Part shown: one piece after another, positions 53,473 to 63,438 of the stretch | How positions within the stretch are numbered: position 1 is the stretch's first letter | Layout of the letters: each line of letters begins with the position of its first letter | DNA from: an uncultured Acidobacteriota bacterium | GTDB taxonomy: Bacteria; Acidobacteriota; UBA6911 | NCBI GenBank assembly: GCA_963761825.1 | Contig: CAVXIH010000005.1 | Span: 74,992 to 138,991 of the forward strand | Length of the DNA stretch: 64,000 nt | Direction of reading: 5' to 3' | Position numbers and translations under genes: made by a program | Notes under the pieces: generated by a model | What the model was told of the DNA's origin: nothing | Seen by the model: the letters and a program-made list of their open reading frames with translations, nothing else | Database searches by the model: none

Positions 53473-53856
53473 TTAAAGTTTGCCGCTCAAAAGCTTGTCC
53501 GCTTCATCCGCCAGCACGCGCGGATTGATGGGCTTTTCCAAAAACTTGCTGACCGGCAGCCAGGTCTCGTCGGGCTGGAACGTGTAGCCGAGCCGCATCT
53601 CCTTGCTGATGCCCGTCAGCATGATCATGGGCATGGTGGGATACAGGGCGTGCAACCGGCGGGCAAGTTCGAAACCGGCGGTCTTGTCTTCCATCATGAC
53701 ATCCAGCACGGCAAGGTCGGGCTCTTCTGTTTGCGCGATCTTCTGGGCTTCGGCCGAGGAATACGCCACATGGACGGTGTGGCCCCGTTGAGCAAACACG
53801 GTTCGGTTCATTTCGATAAGGTCCTGATCGTCATCCACCAACAGTATCTGGGCCAT
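53473..53856 (-). CDS. Single-domain response regulator
   Basis: ILLVDDD, VLDVMM, MLTG, EKP. Confidence 0.93.
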   Translation of the reverse strand: MAQILLVDDDQDLIEMNRTVFAQRGHTVHVAYSSAEAQKIAQTEEPDLAVLDVMMEDKTAGFELARRLHALYPTMPMIMLTGISKEMRLGYTFQPDETWLPVSKFLEKPINPRVLADEADKLLSGKL

Positions 53857-53887
53857 TGCAATCTCCTTTTCCCATATGATGTCGGAT

Positions 53888-55886
53888 TTACTCTTCCGGA
53901 GCCTTCCGGGGGAGTTTAACCGTAAATTGAGTTCCCGTCTGCCCCGCAGACGGATCGTTATTGGACATCATCATGATGTCCCCCCGGTGCATCTTGACAA
54001 TGCCGTAGGTGACGGCAAGCCCGAGTCCGGTCCCTTTTCCGATCTGCTTGGTTGTAAAAAATGGTTCAAAAATCTTTCCCTGGTTTTCCTTGGAAATTCC
54101 GCTTCCCGTGTCTTTGATCGAGAACCAGACATCGCGCTCGTTGCTGCCGATGCTGATCGTGAGACTGCCTCCATCGGGCATGGCGTCGCACGCATTGCTG
54201 AACAGATTGGTGATGACCTGGTTGATCTGGTCCGGGTCCAGATCGACTTTCGGATTTTCAATCGCCGATTCGATGCGTGCCTGAATATTGGCGGGGAACG
54301 GGTACGCTTTCACCGCGCGCTGCATCAGCTTGCAGAGATCCACGATGCGGAAGACCGCCTTATTCTGCCGCGCAAAGTGGAGCAGGCGGACGACGATCTT
54401 TTTGCACCGGTCGGCCTGCTCCGCGATCATGTCGAGATCTTCGCGCCAATCCGGGAATTTTTCCGCCTGCTCCAGCAGCATGTGCGCATGCATCAGAACG
54501 ATGCCGAGCGGATTATTGACTTCGTGCGCCACGCCTGCGGCCAGTTGTCCCATGCTGGCGAGCCGCTCCGAATGCATGAGCGCTTCCTGCGTGCTGACCA
54601 GTTGCTGATGGGAAACCGCCAGCTGCTTGACGGTATCGCGCAGTTTGTCGATGGTGTAGGGCAGGCACATTTCGGTTTCGGCCAGCCGGAGATGAATGGC
54701 GATCGCGTGCTGGACGCAGGAATCATACCCGCAGGCGCCGCAGTTAAGCTCATCTTCCGGTTTCACTTTGCCCATCCGGGCAAGAATCTTGGAAATTTCT
54801 TCGCGGGACGGCGGCGTAAAGCGCTGATCATGGGTACTGAATTCCCGCGACAGATCTATGTCGGAAAATGTTGCGACATCCTGTTCCCACTGTTGCTTGT
54901 GTTCTTCGGTCCAGCGCTTCTGAACATAGTTCCCGACGAGGCTGCGCCGCCGAAAGAGAGCGGCGCTGGTGGTCATGCCGGCGCCCATGATGCAGCCATT
55001 GCAGCAGAGGATTTCCAGCAGGCGCGCAGTCCACACTGTTCGACTCGACCGCTTGAATCGCCTCCACGAAGCTGGTGCGGCCATCCGTAGCCATTACTTC
55101 CCCGGTTCATCAAATTCTCCTGGATATCCGCCGCCTGCAGCAATCCTCGGCTGATCGGGAACAAACCTCCCGGGCCGCTCCACGGCGGATCAAACTCACT
55201 GGCCTCAACGGTTTCCGGACGGACACCTGCTTCGCCAAGCATCTGTCGGAGTTCCCGAACGTCAACACGGCATCAACGTCCCCTTCCAGCTTTTCGCTGG
55301 CGGCTTCGCCTTTTTTTGCGATGCAGGGACCGATGAACACCACGGGCACTTCCGGCCCGTACAGACGGTGCACGATCCGGGCGGCGGCGACCATAGGGGA
55401 AACGATCGGGGCGAGCTTGGGGACAAGATCGGGATAATACCGCTCGACATATCCGACAAGCGCCGGGCAGGTCGTGGCGATATAATTGGTCCTGTCCGGG
55501 CTGTCCAGAAGCTCCCGATAGCGCCGGGCGACGAGGTCGGCGGCGAATCCGACTTCGTGGACATATCGAAACCCAGCGCCCGCAGCATCCCAACAACTTT
55601 TTCGTACTCGACATTCCTCGAATTCCGCAGGAAAGCTCGGCGCCATGAGGGCTGCGACGGCTCCGCCCTGATTCAGCAAATGCTTGACCTGCTGCGTCCC
55701 GTCCAGCACCTTCTTGGCGCCCTGGCTGCAAACCCGGGCGCAGTTGCCGCAGCCGATGCAGCGTTCCGGGATGACGTTGGCCTGGCCGTCCGAAATTCCG
55801 ATCGCCTTGGCCGGGCACTCCCGCACGCATGTGTAGCAGACCCGGCATCGCTCTTTGATCGTCTGTACGAAACATGCAGATTGCAT
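53888..55886 (-). CDS. Sensory [FeFe]-hydrogenase-like domain fused to a histidine kinase (group C type), frameshifted
   Basis: Two 4Fe-4S motifs (CRVCYTCVREC, CIGCGNC); IATTCPA, IGPCIAKKGE, EILCCNGCIMG; NCGACGYDSC FeS domain; AHEVNNP, NACDAM, GKGTGLGL. Confidence 0.85.
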
Positions 55887-55896
55887 GGTTGCCCCG

Positions 55897-56314
55897 TTAA
55901 TGGCCTGTCGAGGGAGTATGCTCCGGTTCTTCGTTGAGCAATCTGCGGACTTCAGCCTTCAGCTGTTCCGGCCGGACAGGCTTATCCATGATCTTATCCA
56001 CTTTGATCCAGGACTGCTCGTCCGCATGCCGTGCCGAAAAGGACAGTCCCGTCGCCCCGGCAACGGCAGTCAGCAGGATCACAGGCATTTCCGGGTACAG
56101 CTTTTTGAGCTGATGGCTGAGCACGAAACCGGAGTCTTTCTCCTCCATCATCAGATCCAGAACGGCCAGATCCGGCTTCACCTTGAGGATCGCTTCCTCG
56201 GCCTCCCGCCTGTCCTTCGGCTGCAGTCACATCATATCCCGCGGCGGTCAGCATAGCGGTTATTTGTTCGAGGAGATCCAAATCATCGTCCACGACCAGT
56301 ATTTTCTTTTTCAC
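55897..56314 (-). CDS. Single-domain response regulator, frameshifted
   Basis: KILVVDDD, VLDLMM, LLTA, DKP. Confidence 0.88.
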
Positions 56315-56368
56315 TCTCGTAATCTCCCTTTCTTCAAACTTGCTTCAGCCCGTCCGCACAATCTATCT

Positions 56369-58086
56369 CTACAGCACATCCCTGGGATCGTAGTGGGTAT
56401 GAAGCAGGCTGTGACTCTTCTCGCCGAGCGGCTTCCCGAGAAACTCATCATACAGCCGAACGATATAGGGATTCTTGTGGCTGACGCGAGCCTTTTCGTT
56501 CTGGTCGATTTTGTACAGCGCCTGCATGCGGGCGCGCGCGGCGTTGATATCGGCGTTGATCGGCTGCCCGCCGCCGTTGATGCATCCGCCGGGGCAGGTC
56601 ATGACCTCGATGAAATGAAGATCCTTGCGGCCGGCCCGGATCTCTTCCAGCAGTTTGCGGGCGTTGCCGAGGCCGCTCACGACCGCGGCGCCGACTTCCA
56701 GGTCGCCGATCTTGGCGCGGAGTTCCTTGGCGCCCTTCATCCCGCGCAGCGGCTGAATGTCCAGCTTGGCCATTTCCTTGCCGGTGAGCAGATAGTGTGC
56801 CGTGCGGACCGCCGCTTCCATCACGCCGCCGCTGGCGCCGAAAATCTTGCCGGCCGTGGACCGTTCGCCGAACGGCGTATCGGCCGTCTGCGGAGTCATC
56901 GCCAGCAAGTCCACGCCATACATGCGCAACAGCTGCCCCAGTTCCCGCGTCGTCAGCACATAATCCACATCCGGGACATGATCCGGAGCCATTTCCGGGC
57001 GGCTGCTCTCAAACTTCTTGGCGGTGCACGGCATGATCGAAACGCTGACAATCTGCGCCGGATCGATGTTTTCGCGCTGCGCAAAGTAGCTCTTGATGAT
57101 CGCGCCCATCATCTGCTGCGGGCTTTTGCAGGACGACAGGTTCGGGATGAATTCAGGATAGAACTGCTCCACAAACTTGATCCAGCCCGGCGAACAGCTC
57201 GTGAACATCGGCAGGGCGCCGCCCGTGCTGAATCCGCTGCGCCAATTCGGACGCTTCTTCCATGATGGTCAGGTCGGCCGTGAACGATGTGTCGAACACG
57301 CGGTCGAATCCGATGCGCCGCAGCGCCGCGACCATCTTGCCGTCGACATCCTGGCCGGGTTCCATGCCGAATTCCTCGGCCAGGCTGACCGAAACCGACG
57401 GAGCGTGCTGCACGACAACCAGTTTCTTCGGATCCTCGAGCGCCGCGATCACTTCTTCCAGATACGACCGTTCGGTGAGCGCGCCGGTGGGACAGCCGAC
57501 GATGCACTGGCCGCAATTGATGCAGGTCGACACATTCAGGCCCTGGTCAAACGCCGTGCCGATGTATGCCTTGCAGCCGCGGCCGACAAAATCGATGGCC
57601 CCGATGCCCTGGATCTCTTCGCAGATGCGCACGCAGCGGCCGCACAGGATGCACTTCTCCGGATCCCGGACGATGGGACCGGAGACGTCCTTTTCCTGCT
57701 CATTCCGTTTGCCCCGGAACATGCGCTGCCGGATGCCCATGCTTTGCGACAGCTGCTGCAGATCGCATTTGCCGCTCCGCGCGCAGTAGAGGCAGTCATC
57801 CGGGTGATTGCTCGAGGAGCAGCTCGACAATCGTCCGGCGCGCGTCCAGCACTCTCGGCGAACGGGTCTGAATTTTCATCCCCGGAGCCACGGGAAAGGA
57901 GCATGCCGGAACAAAGTTCTGCGCCCCTTCCATTTCCACGATGCACATGCGGCATGCGCCGCTCGGCAGCAGCCCTTCCATGTGGCACAGGGTCGGGACG
58001 TGAATCCCTTCCCTTTTCAATGCCGAGAGAATCGTCTCTCCATCTTTTGCTTCAATAGTCCTGCCATCCACTTGCATTTCAATCAT
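56369..58086 (-). CDS. hydA: [FeFe]-hydrogenase catalytic subunit (group A, M3 architecture), frameshifted
   Basis: 2Fe-2S, His-ligated 4Fe-4S (NHPDDCLYC) and two 4Fe-4S sites; H-cluster motifs TSCSPGW, MPCTAKKFE, EVMTCPGGCING. Confidence 0.95.
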
Positions 58087-58116
58087 ATCTTCACCTCAAT
58101 CCATGCATCCAATCTG

Positions 58117-61100
58117 TCAGTGCGGTTGCGTGAATTCCAGATCGCAGCGCGCACAGCGCCGCGCTTCCGCCAGTACATTCTCTTCGCTCGGGCACAATTC
58201 CACTTCAGCGAAACATTTCTTTCGCTGCGCGACCGGCAGCAGCGGCAGTTCCAGCCGATAGGTTTCTCCGGTCTCCTCGTCCACTTCCATGAAAGGCTCC
58301 ACATAGATCGAGGGGAGCTTGACTTTGGGCAGGACCTTCATAAGCTTGCCCGATACGTAGCGGTCGATCATGGCCGCCGCCTGCTTGCCCACGGCAATCG
58401 CGGCGATCACCGTGCTCGGACCGCTGACGACATCGCCGCCGGCGAATACGCCTTCCCTGCTGGTGATAAAGGATTCTTCGTTGATCTTAACGGTTCCCCA
58501 CGAAGACAGGCCGAGGCCTTCCAGCCCGGCCGGTTCCGGCTCCTCGCTGATCGCGACAATCAGCGTGTCCAGTTCCACATCGAACTCCGAGCCTTTGACC
58601 GGGACCGGTTTGCGCCGGCCGGATGCATCCGGGGCGCCCAGCTGGTTGCGCAGCGAACGCAGGCCGGTCAAACGCCCTCCGCTGCTGTGAACCGCCACCG
58701 GAGTAACCAGCTCTTCCAGGATGACGCCTTCCGCGAGTCCGGCCTCGACTTCTTCTTTGTAGGCCGGCATTTCTTCGCGGCGTGCGGCGATAGAAGACGG
58801 TCACGCTCTCGACTCCGGGCTGGCGGATCGCTACGCGCGCCGCATCCATGGCCGAGTTGCCGCCGCCGACGATGCCGACGCGACCGCGCGCCATCGACTT
58901 GCCTTCAAGGTTGTAGGCCTTGAGGAACTTGATGCCGGGGATGATTCCGGCAACCTCTTCGCCCGGCAGATCAAGCTTCTTGCTGGCGTGGGATCCGGTT
59001 GCGATGAAAACGGCTTTATAGCCATCCTCGAACAGCTTGTCGATCGTAAAGTCGCGGCCCAGAGCCTGCCCGAAACGCATTTCGATATTCTGATTCATCA
59101 GGGCCGCGATTTCCCTCTGCAGGCCTTCGCGCGGCAGGCGGTATTCAGGGATGGCGGCCGTCAGCATCCCGCCGGCCATCCCTTCGCGCTCAAACACCGT
59201 CACGCGGTGCCCGAGCGCGGAAAGTGAATTCGCCGCAGTCAGGCCGGCCGGCCCGGCGCCGATGACGGCGATGCGCGCTGCGTCCTTGCCCGCCGGCACA
59301 ATCGGCGATCTTGCCGGGCGCAACCACGCTGTCGACCACAAAGCGCTTCAGCGTCCGGATAGCGATAGGCTCGCCTCCGGTCGCGCCCGCACGGCAAACC
59401 TGTTCGCACGGATGATGGCAAACGCGGGCACAGGCGGAAGGGAACGGGTTGGCTTCGCGGATCACGCGGTAGGCGTCGTCGTACTCGCCGCGCGCGATGT
59501 GCGCCACATAGCGCCAGACCTCGGTGCCGACCGGGCAGCCGTTCTGGCAGGGCGCTCCGACCAGGTCCTTGCACGACCCGGACGGGCAGCGGCGCTCGAA
59601 AACATGCGCTTCATATTCATCGCGGAACCACTTGCAGCGTGCTCAGCACCGGATTCGGCGCCGACTGACCCAGTCCGCACAGGCTGGTGGACCGGATGGT
59701 TTCAGCCAGCTTCTTCAGGTGCATGATTCCCTGGACGCGCAACAGAGCATCCAGATCGCTCTCCTTGTGGCGCGGACGCGTGATGGCTTCCAGGATTTCC
59801 AGCATGCGCCGCGTCCCTTCACGGCAGGGAATGCATTTGCCGCAGCTCTCGTTCTGGATGAATTCCATGAAGTATTTGGCAAAATCGACCATGCAGGTGG
59901 ATTCGTCCACCACAACCAGTCCGCCCGACCCCATGATCGTGCCGAAGTTTTTCAGTTCTTCGTAATCCGTCGGCAGATCCATGTGCGCCTCCGGCACGCA
60001 ACCGCCGGAAGGGCCGCCGATTTGAACTGCTTTGCATTTTTTGTTACCGGGAATGCCGCCGCCGATGTCGAACACGACTTCACGAAGAGACGTTCCCATC
60101 GGGATCTCCACAAGCCCGGTTCGTCTTAACCATGCCGGAGAGCGCGAAAACCTTCGTTCCTTTGCTCCCCTTGGTCCCCATCGCCGCATACCATTCGGCG
60201 CCGCGATCCAGGATGACAGCCAGGTTTGCCAGAGTTTCGACGTTGTTGATGACGGTGGGTTTGCCGAACAAACCCTGGACTGCGGGGAACGGAGGACGAG
60301 GCCGCGGCATGCCGCGCTTCCCTTCTATCGAGTGGATCAGGGCCGTCTCTTCGCCGCACACAAATGCGCCGGCGCCCATTTTCATTTTGATCGAGAAATC
60401 CACGCCGCTGTCGAGGATGTTATAGCCGATCAAGCCGCAGGCGGACGCCTGCTCAAACGCCTCGCTGAGCCGCTGGATCGCCAGCGGGTATTCAGCGCGG
60501 ATATAGACGTACGCCTTGGTGGCGCCTATAGCGTAGGCCGCAATCAGCATGCCTTCGAGCAGCCGATGCGGATCGCTTTCGCAGACCGCTCGATCCATAA
60601 ATGCGCCGGGATCCCCTTCGTCGGCGTTGCAGATCAGGTATTTCTGATCGGCTGCGGCAGCCCGCGCAAATTTCCACTTTTTGCCGGTAGGAAAACCTCC
60701 GCCGCCGCGTCCGCGGAGTCCGCTCTTCTCGATCAGATCGCAGACCGCATCCGGCGTCATCGTTCTTAGAACTTTTGCGATCGAACCATAGCCGCCGTGC
60801 GCGATGTATTCATGAATGTTGCCGGGATCGATGATGCCGCTGGAAGCAAGCACTACGCGAACCTGGCTCGCAAGGAACGGATGCTCGTCGAGGTTTGCGA
60901 TCCCGTCCCAGGGCTTGGCGCTGCCTGCGCGATACTGGCCCAGAACCAATTCGGTAGGAATGCGGTTCTCGAGCAGCACCGCATCAAGCACTTCCGGAAC
61001 CTTGTCGGCCGTGACCGTGCTGAAACTCACGCGCGCGCGGCCGGGGACCTGAATGTCCATGATCGGTTCGTCGGAACACATGCCGTTGCAGCCGACTTCA

Positions 61101-61393
61101 ACGACATCCGCATTGATATTGTGCTGTTCCAGGAATTCCCGGACGGCTGCAAGGGTTTTGCCGGCTCCGGCGCCCAGGCCGCATGTGCCTGCGCCCACGA
61201 AAATCGCGGGCTGCGCCACCGTATCGCGCCTCAGTGAAGCCAGCACGGCCGCCAGTTCCCGGGGACCTTTGGCCCTCGCGTTGACAAAGAGGTCGGCTTT
61301 GAGGTCCTTCAGCAGGGTGTCGGATATTTCACTAAAATTGACCCAGCATTTGCCGGCACCATCTATGATTGCAGTATCAGTATTAGCGGCCAT
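58117..61393 (-). CDS. HydB/NuoF-like flavoprotein fused to a GltD/NfnA-like FAD oxidoreductase (about 1090 aa), several frameshifts
   Basis: Thioredoxin-like 2Fe-2S; [47 protein letters not shown]; in-frame continuation into APCQNGCP...[35 protein letters not shown]. Confidence 0.88.
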
Positions 61394-61856
61394 TCTTAGA
61401 CTCCATTTCCCTACATTCCTGTATGATTTTGACCAGCTTCTGGGGCGTGACTTTGGCGTAAAACTCGCCGTTAAGGTTCATCACCGGCGATAAGCCGCAG
61501 GCGCCCATGCAGGCAACAGTTTCCAGGCTGAACAGGCGGTCTCTGGAGGTCTGGCCCGGCTTCAGCTTCAGCAGTTTCTGAGCCATTTCCAGCACCCGGT
61601 TGGATCCTTTGACGTGGCAGGCCGTTCCCCGGCAAACCATGACGTGATACTTGCCTTTAGGCTGAAAGCGGAACTGGTTGTAAAAGGTCGCAACCCCGAA
61701 AATTTTTGTGGTCGGAAGATTGAGATGCTTGCCGATGCGGACAACCGCTTCGCGAGAAAGATAGCCCTGATTTTCCTGGACTTCCTGCAGGATCGGGATG
61801 AGTGCGTCGCGCCCGGCGCGGGGGTGCTTCTTTAGTATCGAATCCACATCATTCAT
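61383..61856 (-). CDS. hydC: HydC/NuoE-like 2Fe-2S subunit
   Basis: LIPILQEVQ, ATFYNQF, VCRGTACH, CMGACGLSP. Confidence 0.93.
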   Translation of the reverse strand: MNDVDSILKKHPRAGRDALIPILQEVQENQGYLSREAVVRIGKHLNLPTTKIFGVATFYNQFRFQPKGKYHVMVCRGTACHVKGSNRVLEMAQKLLKLKPGQTSRDRLFSLETVACMGACGLSPVMNLNGEFYAKVTPQKLVKIIQECREMESKNGR

Positions 61857-62542
61857 AAATTGATCTCCTTATTAACCGTTTCGGAAGCCGGCTTTTTAAG
61901 AGCGGGTCTTTCCGATTTCAGAGACTGGCGCGCAAAATACGCCACTCGGTCCATCGACATCGCCAGATCGATGTCTTCGACATAAACACCGGACGGCACG
62001 TGCAAAGCAGTTCGCGCAAAATTCAGGATGCCGCGGATGCCCGCTTCCACATACACATCCGATACATATTGAGCTTCCTTGTCGGGAACCGCGATGATTC
62101 CGACCGTAATGCACTGCTCCCGAATAACGCTCGCAGCATTCTCGATGGAGTAGCATGGACAACCGTGGATCAAGCGGCCAAATTTATCGGGATTGGTTTC
62201 TAATGAGGCCACGATTTTGAGGGTTGGCCGGCGGCCGAGAAAAAACTTCAGAAGGGCGCGCCCGATATTGCCGACACCGGCGATAATGGCTCGCTGTTCT
62301 TCGGCCGGGAAAACGAATGCTTCGATATGATCCCGGAGTTTTTTGACATCATACCCCCGGGCAGGAGTGCCGGAGTACCCTACGACCATGAGGTCGCGTC
62401 GCACCTGGGCGGCTGTGACGCGTGATCTTGAGGCAAGATCGTGCGAATAAATATAGGTTTCTCCTTCACTCGCGAGATCTCTAAGTATACGCCAGTAAAG
62501 AGTTAAGCGCCCAATAGTCCTATACGGCACCGCATCAACCAT
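61853..62542 (-). CDS. rex: Redox-sensing transcriptional repressor
   Basis: RLTLY, QVRRDL, GY, GVGNIGRAL, IIAVP, GILNFA. Confidence 0.93.
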   Translation of the reverse strand: MVDAVPYRTIGRLTLYWRILRDLASEGETYIYSHDLASRSRVTAAQVRRDLMVVGYSGTPARGYDVKKLRDHIEAFVFPAEEQRAIIAGVGNIGRALLKFFLGRRPTLKIVASLETNPDKFGRLIHGCPCYSIENAASVIREQCITVGIIAVPDKEAQYVSDVYVEAGIRGILNFARTALHVPSGVYVEDIDLAMSMDRVAYFARQSLKSERPALKKPASETVNKEINL

Positions 62543-62565
62543 ATATTCCTCGTTACGCGAGTCGC

Positions 62566-62594
62566 ATTGTGAATTATTTCACAATATGTGTCAA
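62566..62594 (-). promoter_or_regulatory. Sigma70 promoter overlapped by a Rex operator
   Basis: TTGTGAA-TTAT-TTCACAA (62567-62584) matches the Rex consensus; on the minus strand TTGACA (62594-62589), 17 nt, CACAAT (62571-62566). Confidence 0.85.
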
Positions 62595-62613
62595 GCGAAA
62601 TATTGTTAAAAAG

Positions 62614-63438
62614 CGTACCTGGTTATACTGTCCCCATTTCAAAAAGACAACCCAGGTCAGATTTAAGCTTTTTCAAATCAGGCTTTTTTATCCAATTGCA
62701 GCCTATATTTGCCCTGAGCCGATCTTCGATACTCTTGTTCCAGTTTTTTTGTGATTTCCTTTGGGCCGCAAAATCGCCCAGTTCTTGTAGCCCTTCGGAT
62801 TCGATCGTGAGCGTCTCTTTTGGAAGCTGCCTGAATCAGGTATTCCCGCCATGAGTACCGGTCGAAGTGTTTGCGCCAGAGATCCATGTCGAGTAGGCCT
62901 GAATGATCTTCTCCTGTAAGATGGGCGCGCGCACTTGACCATTCCCAATCTAACGGATTTTCCACGATGCCCGCGCGAACGGGATTTAGTTCTATATAGG
63001 CAAGGGCCTCCCACATATCGTAAACGGGACATGAGAAGAAGCGGCCTTGCCACAGATGGCCGGTCCGATTGCAGCGGAGGTTCTGATACCGTGCAAAATC
63101 TCGATCCAGGGTGCGCATAGCCTGGGACAAAGAGTCTTCCGTTCGTGGAATGGGGGCCTGATGTACATGATTGGTCATGAGGGAGTGACCCAGCACCATC
63201 ACCTCTTTGGCTTCCACCTGGCCCTCCAGCAATCCGAGGTAGAATTTGCGGTCTTCATCAGAAAAAAAGACATTCTGGCGGTGATTCCCACGCTGGGTCA
63301 CATGGTGAACGTAACCAGGAATTACTAGCCGGGGCTTTCTCGCCATGCTTGTAATGTTTCACGAGCTGTCTTATTATTTCACCAAAATGCAGGAATTATC
63401 CAGATGACGAGGCAAAGGGGACAGTATAACCAGGTACG
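62614..63438 (-). mobile_element. HUH Y1 transposase element bounded by a perfect 22-bp inverted repeat
   Basis: CGTACCTGGTTATACTGTCCCC (62614-62635) and GGGGACAGTATAACCAGGTACG (63417-63438). Confidence 0.85.
62678..63346 (-). CDS. REP-associated tyrosine transposase (Y1_Tnp)
   Basis: HHVTQRGNHRQ, LMTNHVH (HUH), GHLWQGRF, AYIELNPVRAG, WEWSS. Confidence 0.93.
   Translation of the reverse strand: MARKPRLVIPGYVHHVTQRGNHRQNVFFSDEDRKFYLGLLEGQVEAKEVMVLGHSLMTNHVHQAPIPRTEDSLSQAMRTLDRDFARYQNLRCNRTGHLWQGRFFSCPVYDMWEALAYIELNPVRAGIVENPLDWEWSSARAHLTGEDHSGLLDMDLWRKHFDRYSWREYLIQAASKRDAHDRIRRATRTGRFCGPKEITKKLEQEYRRSAQGKYRLQLDKKA

Noticed and set aside
57190-57215. HydA L1 motif TSCSP instead of TSCCP as a novel active site
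   Set aside because: The Cys/Ser variant falls within the accepted L1 consensus for group A [FeFe]-hydrogenases, and L2 and L3 are canonical.
2611-61393. Mass pseudogenisation or programmed frameshifting (roughly half the genes are split)
   Set aside because: Indels hit housekeeping genes (aroB, trpD, nnr) and all functional classes alike, both halves keep intact motifs, and I saw no accumulation of in-frame stops. Uncorrected long-read errors are the simplest explanation; short-read polishing would settle it.
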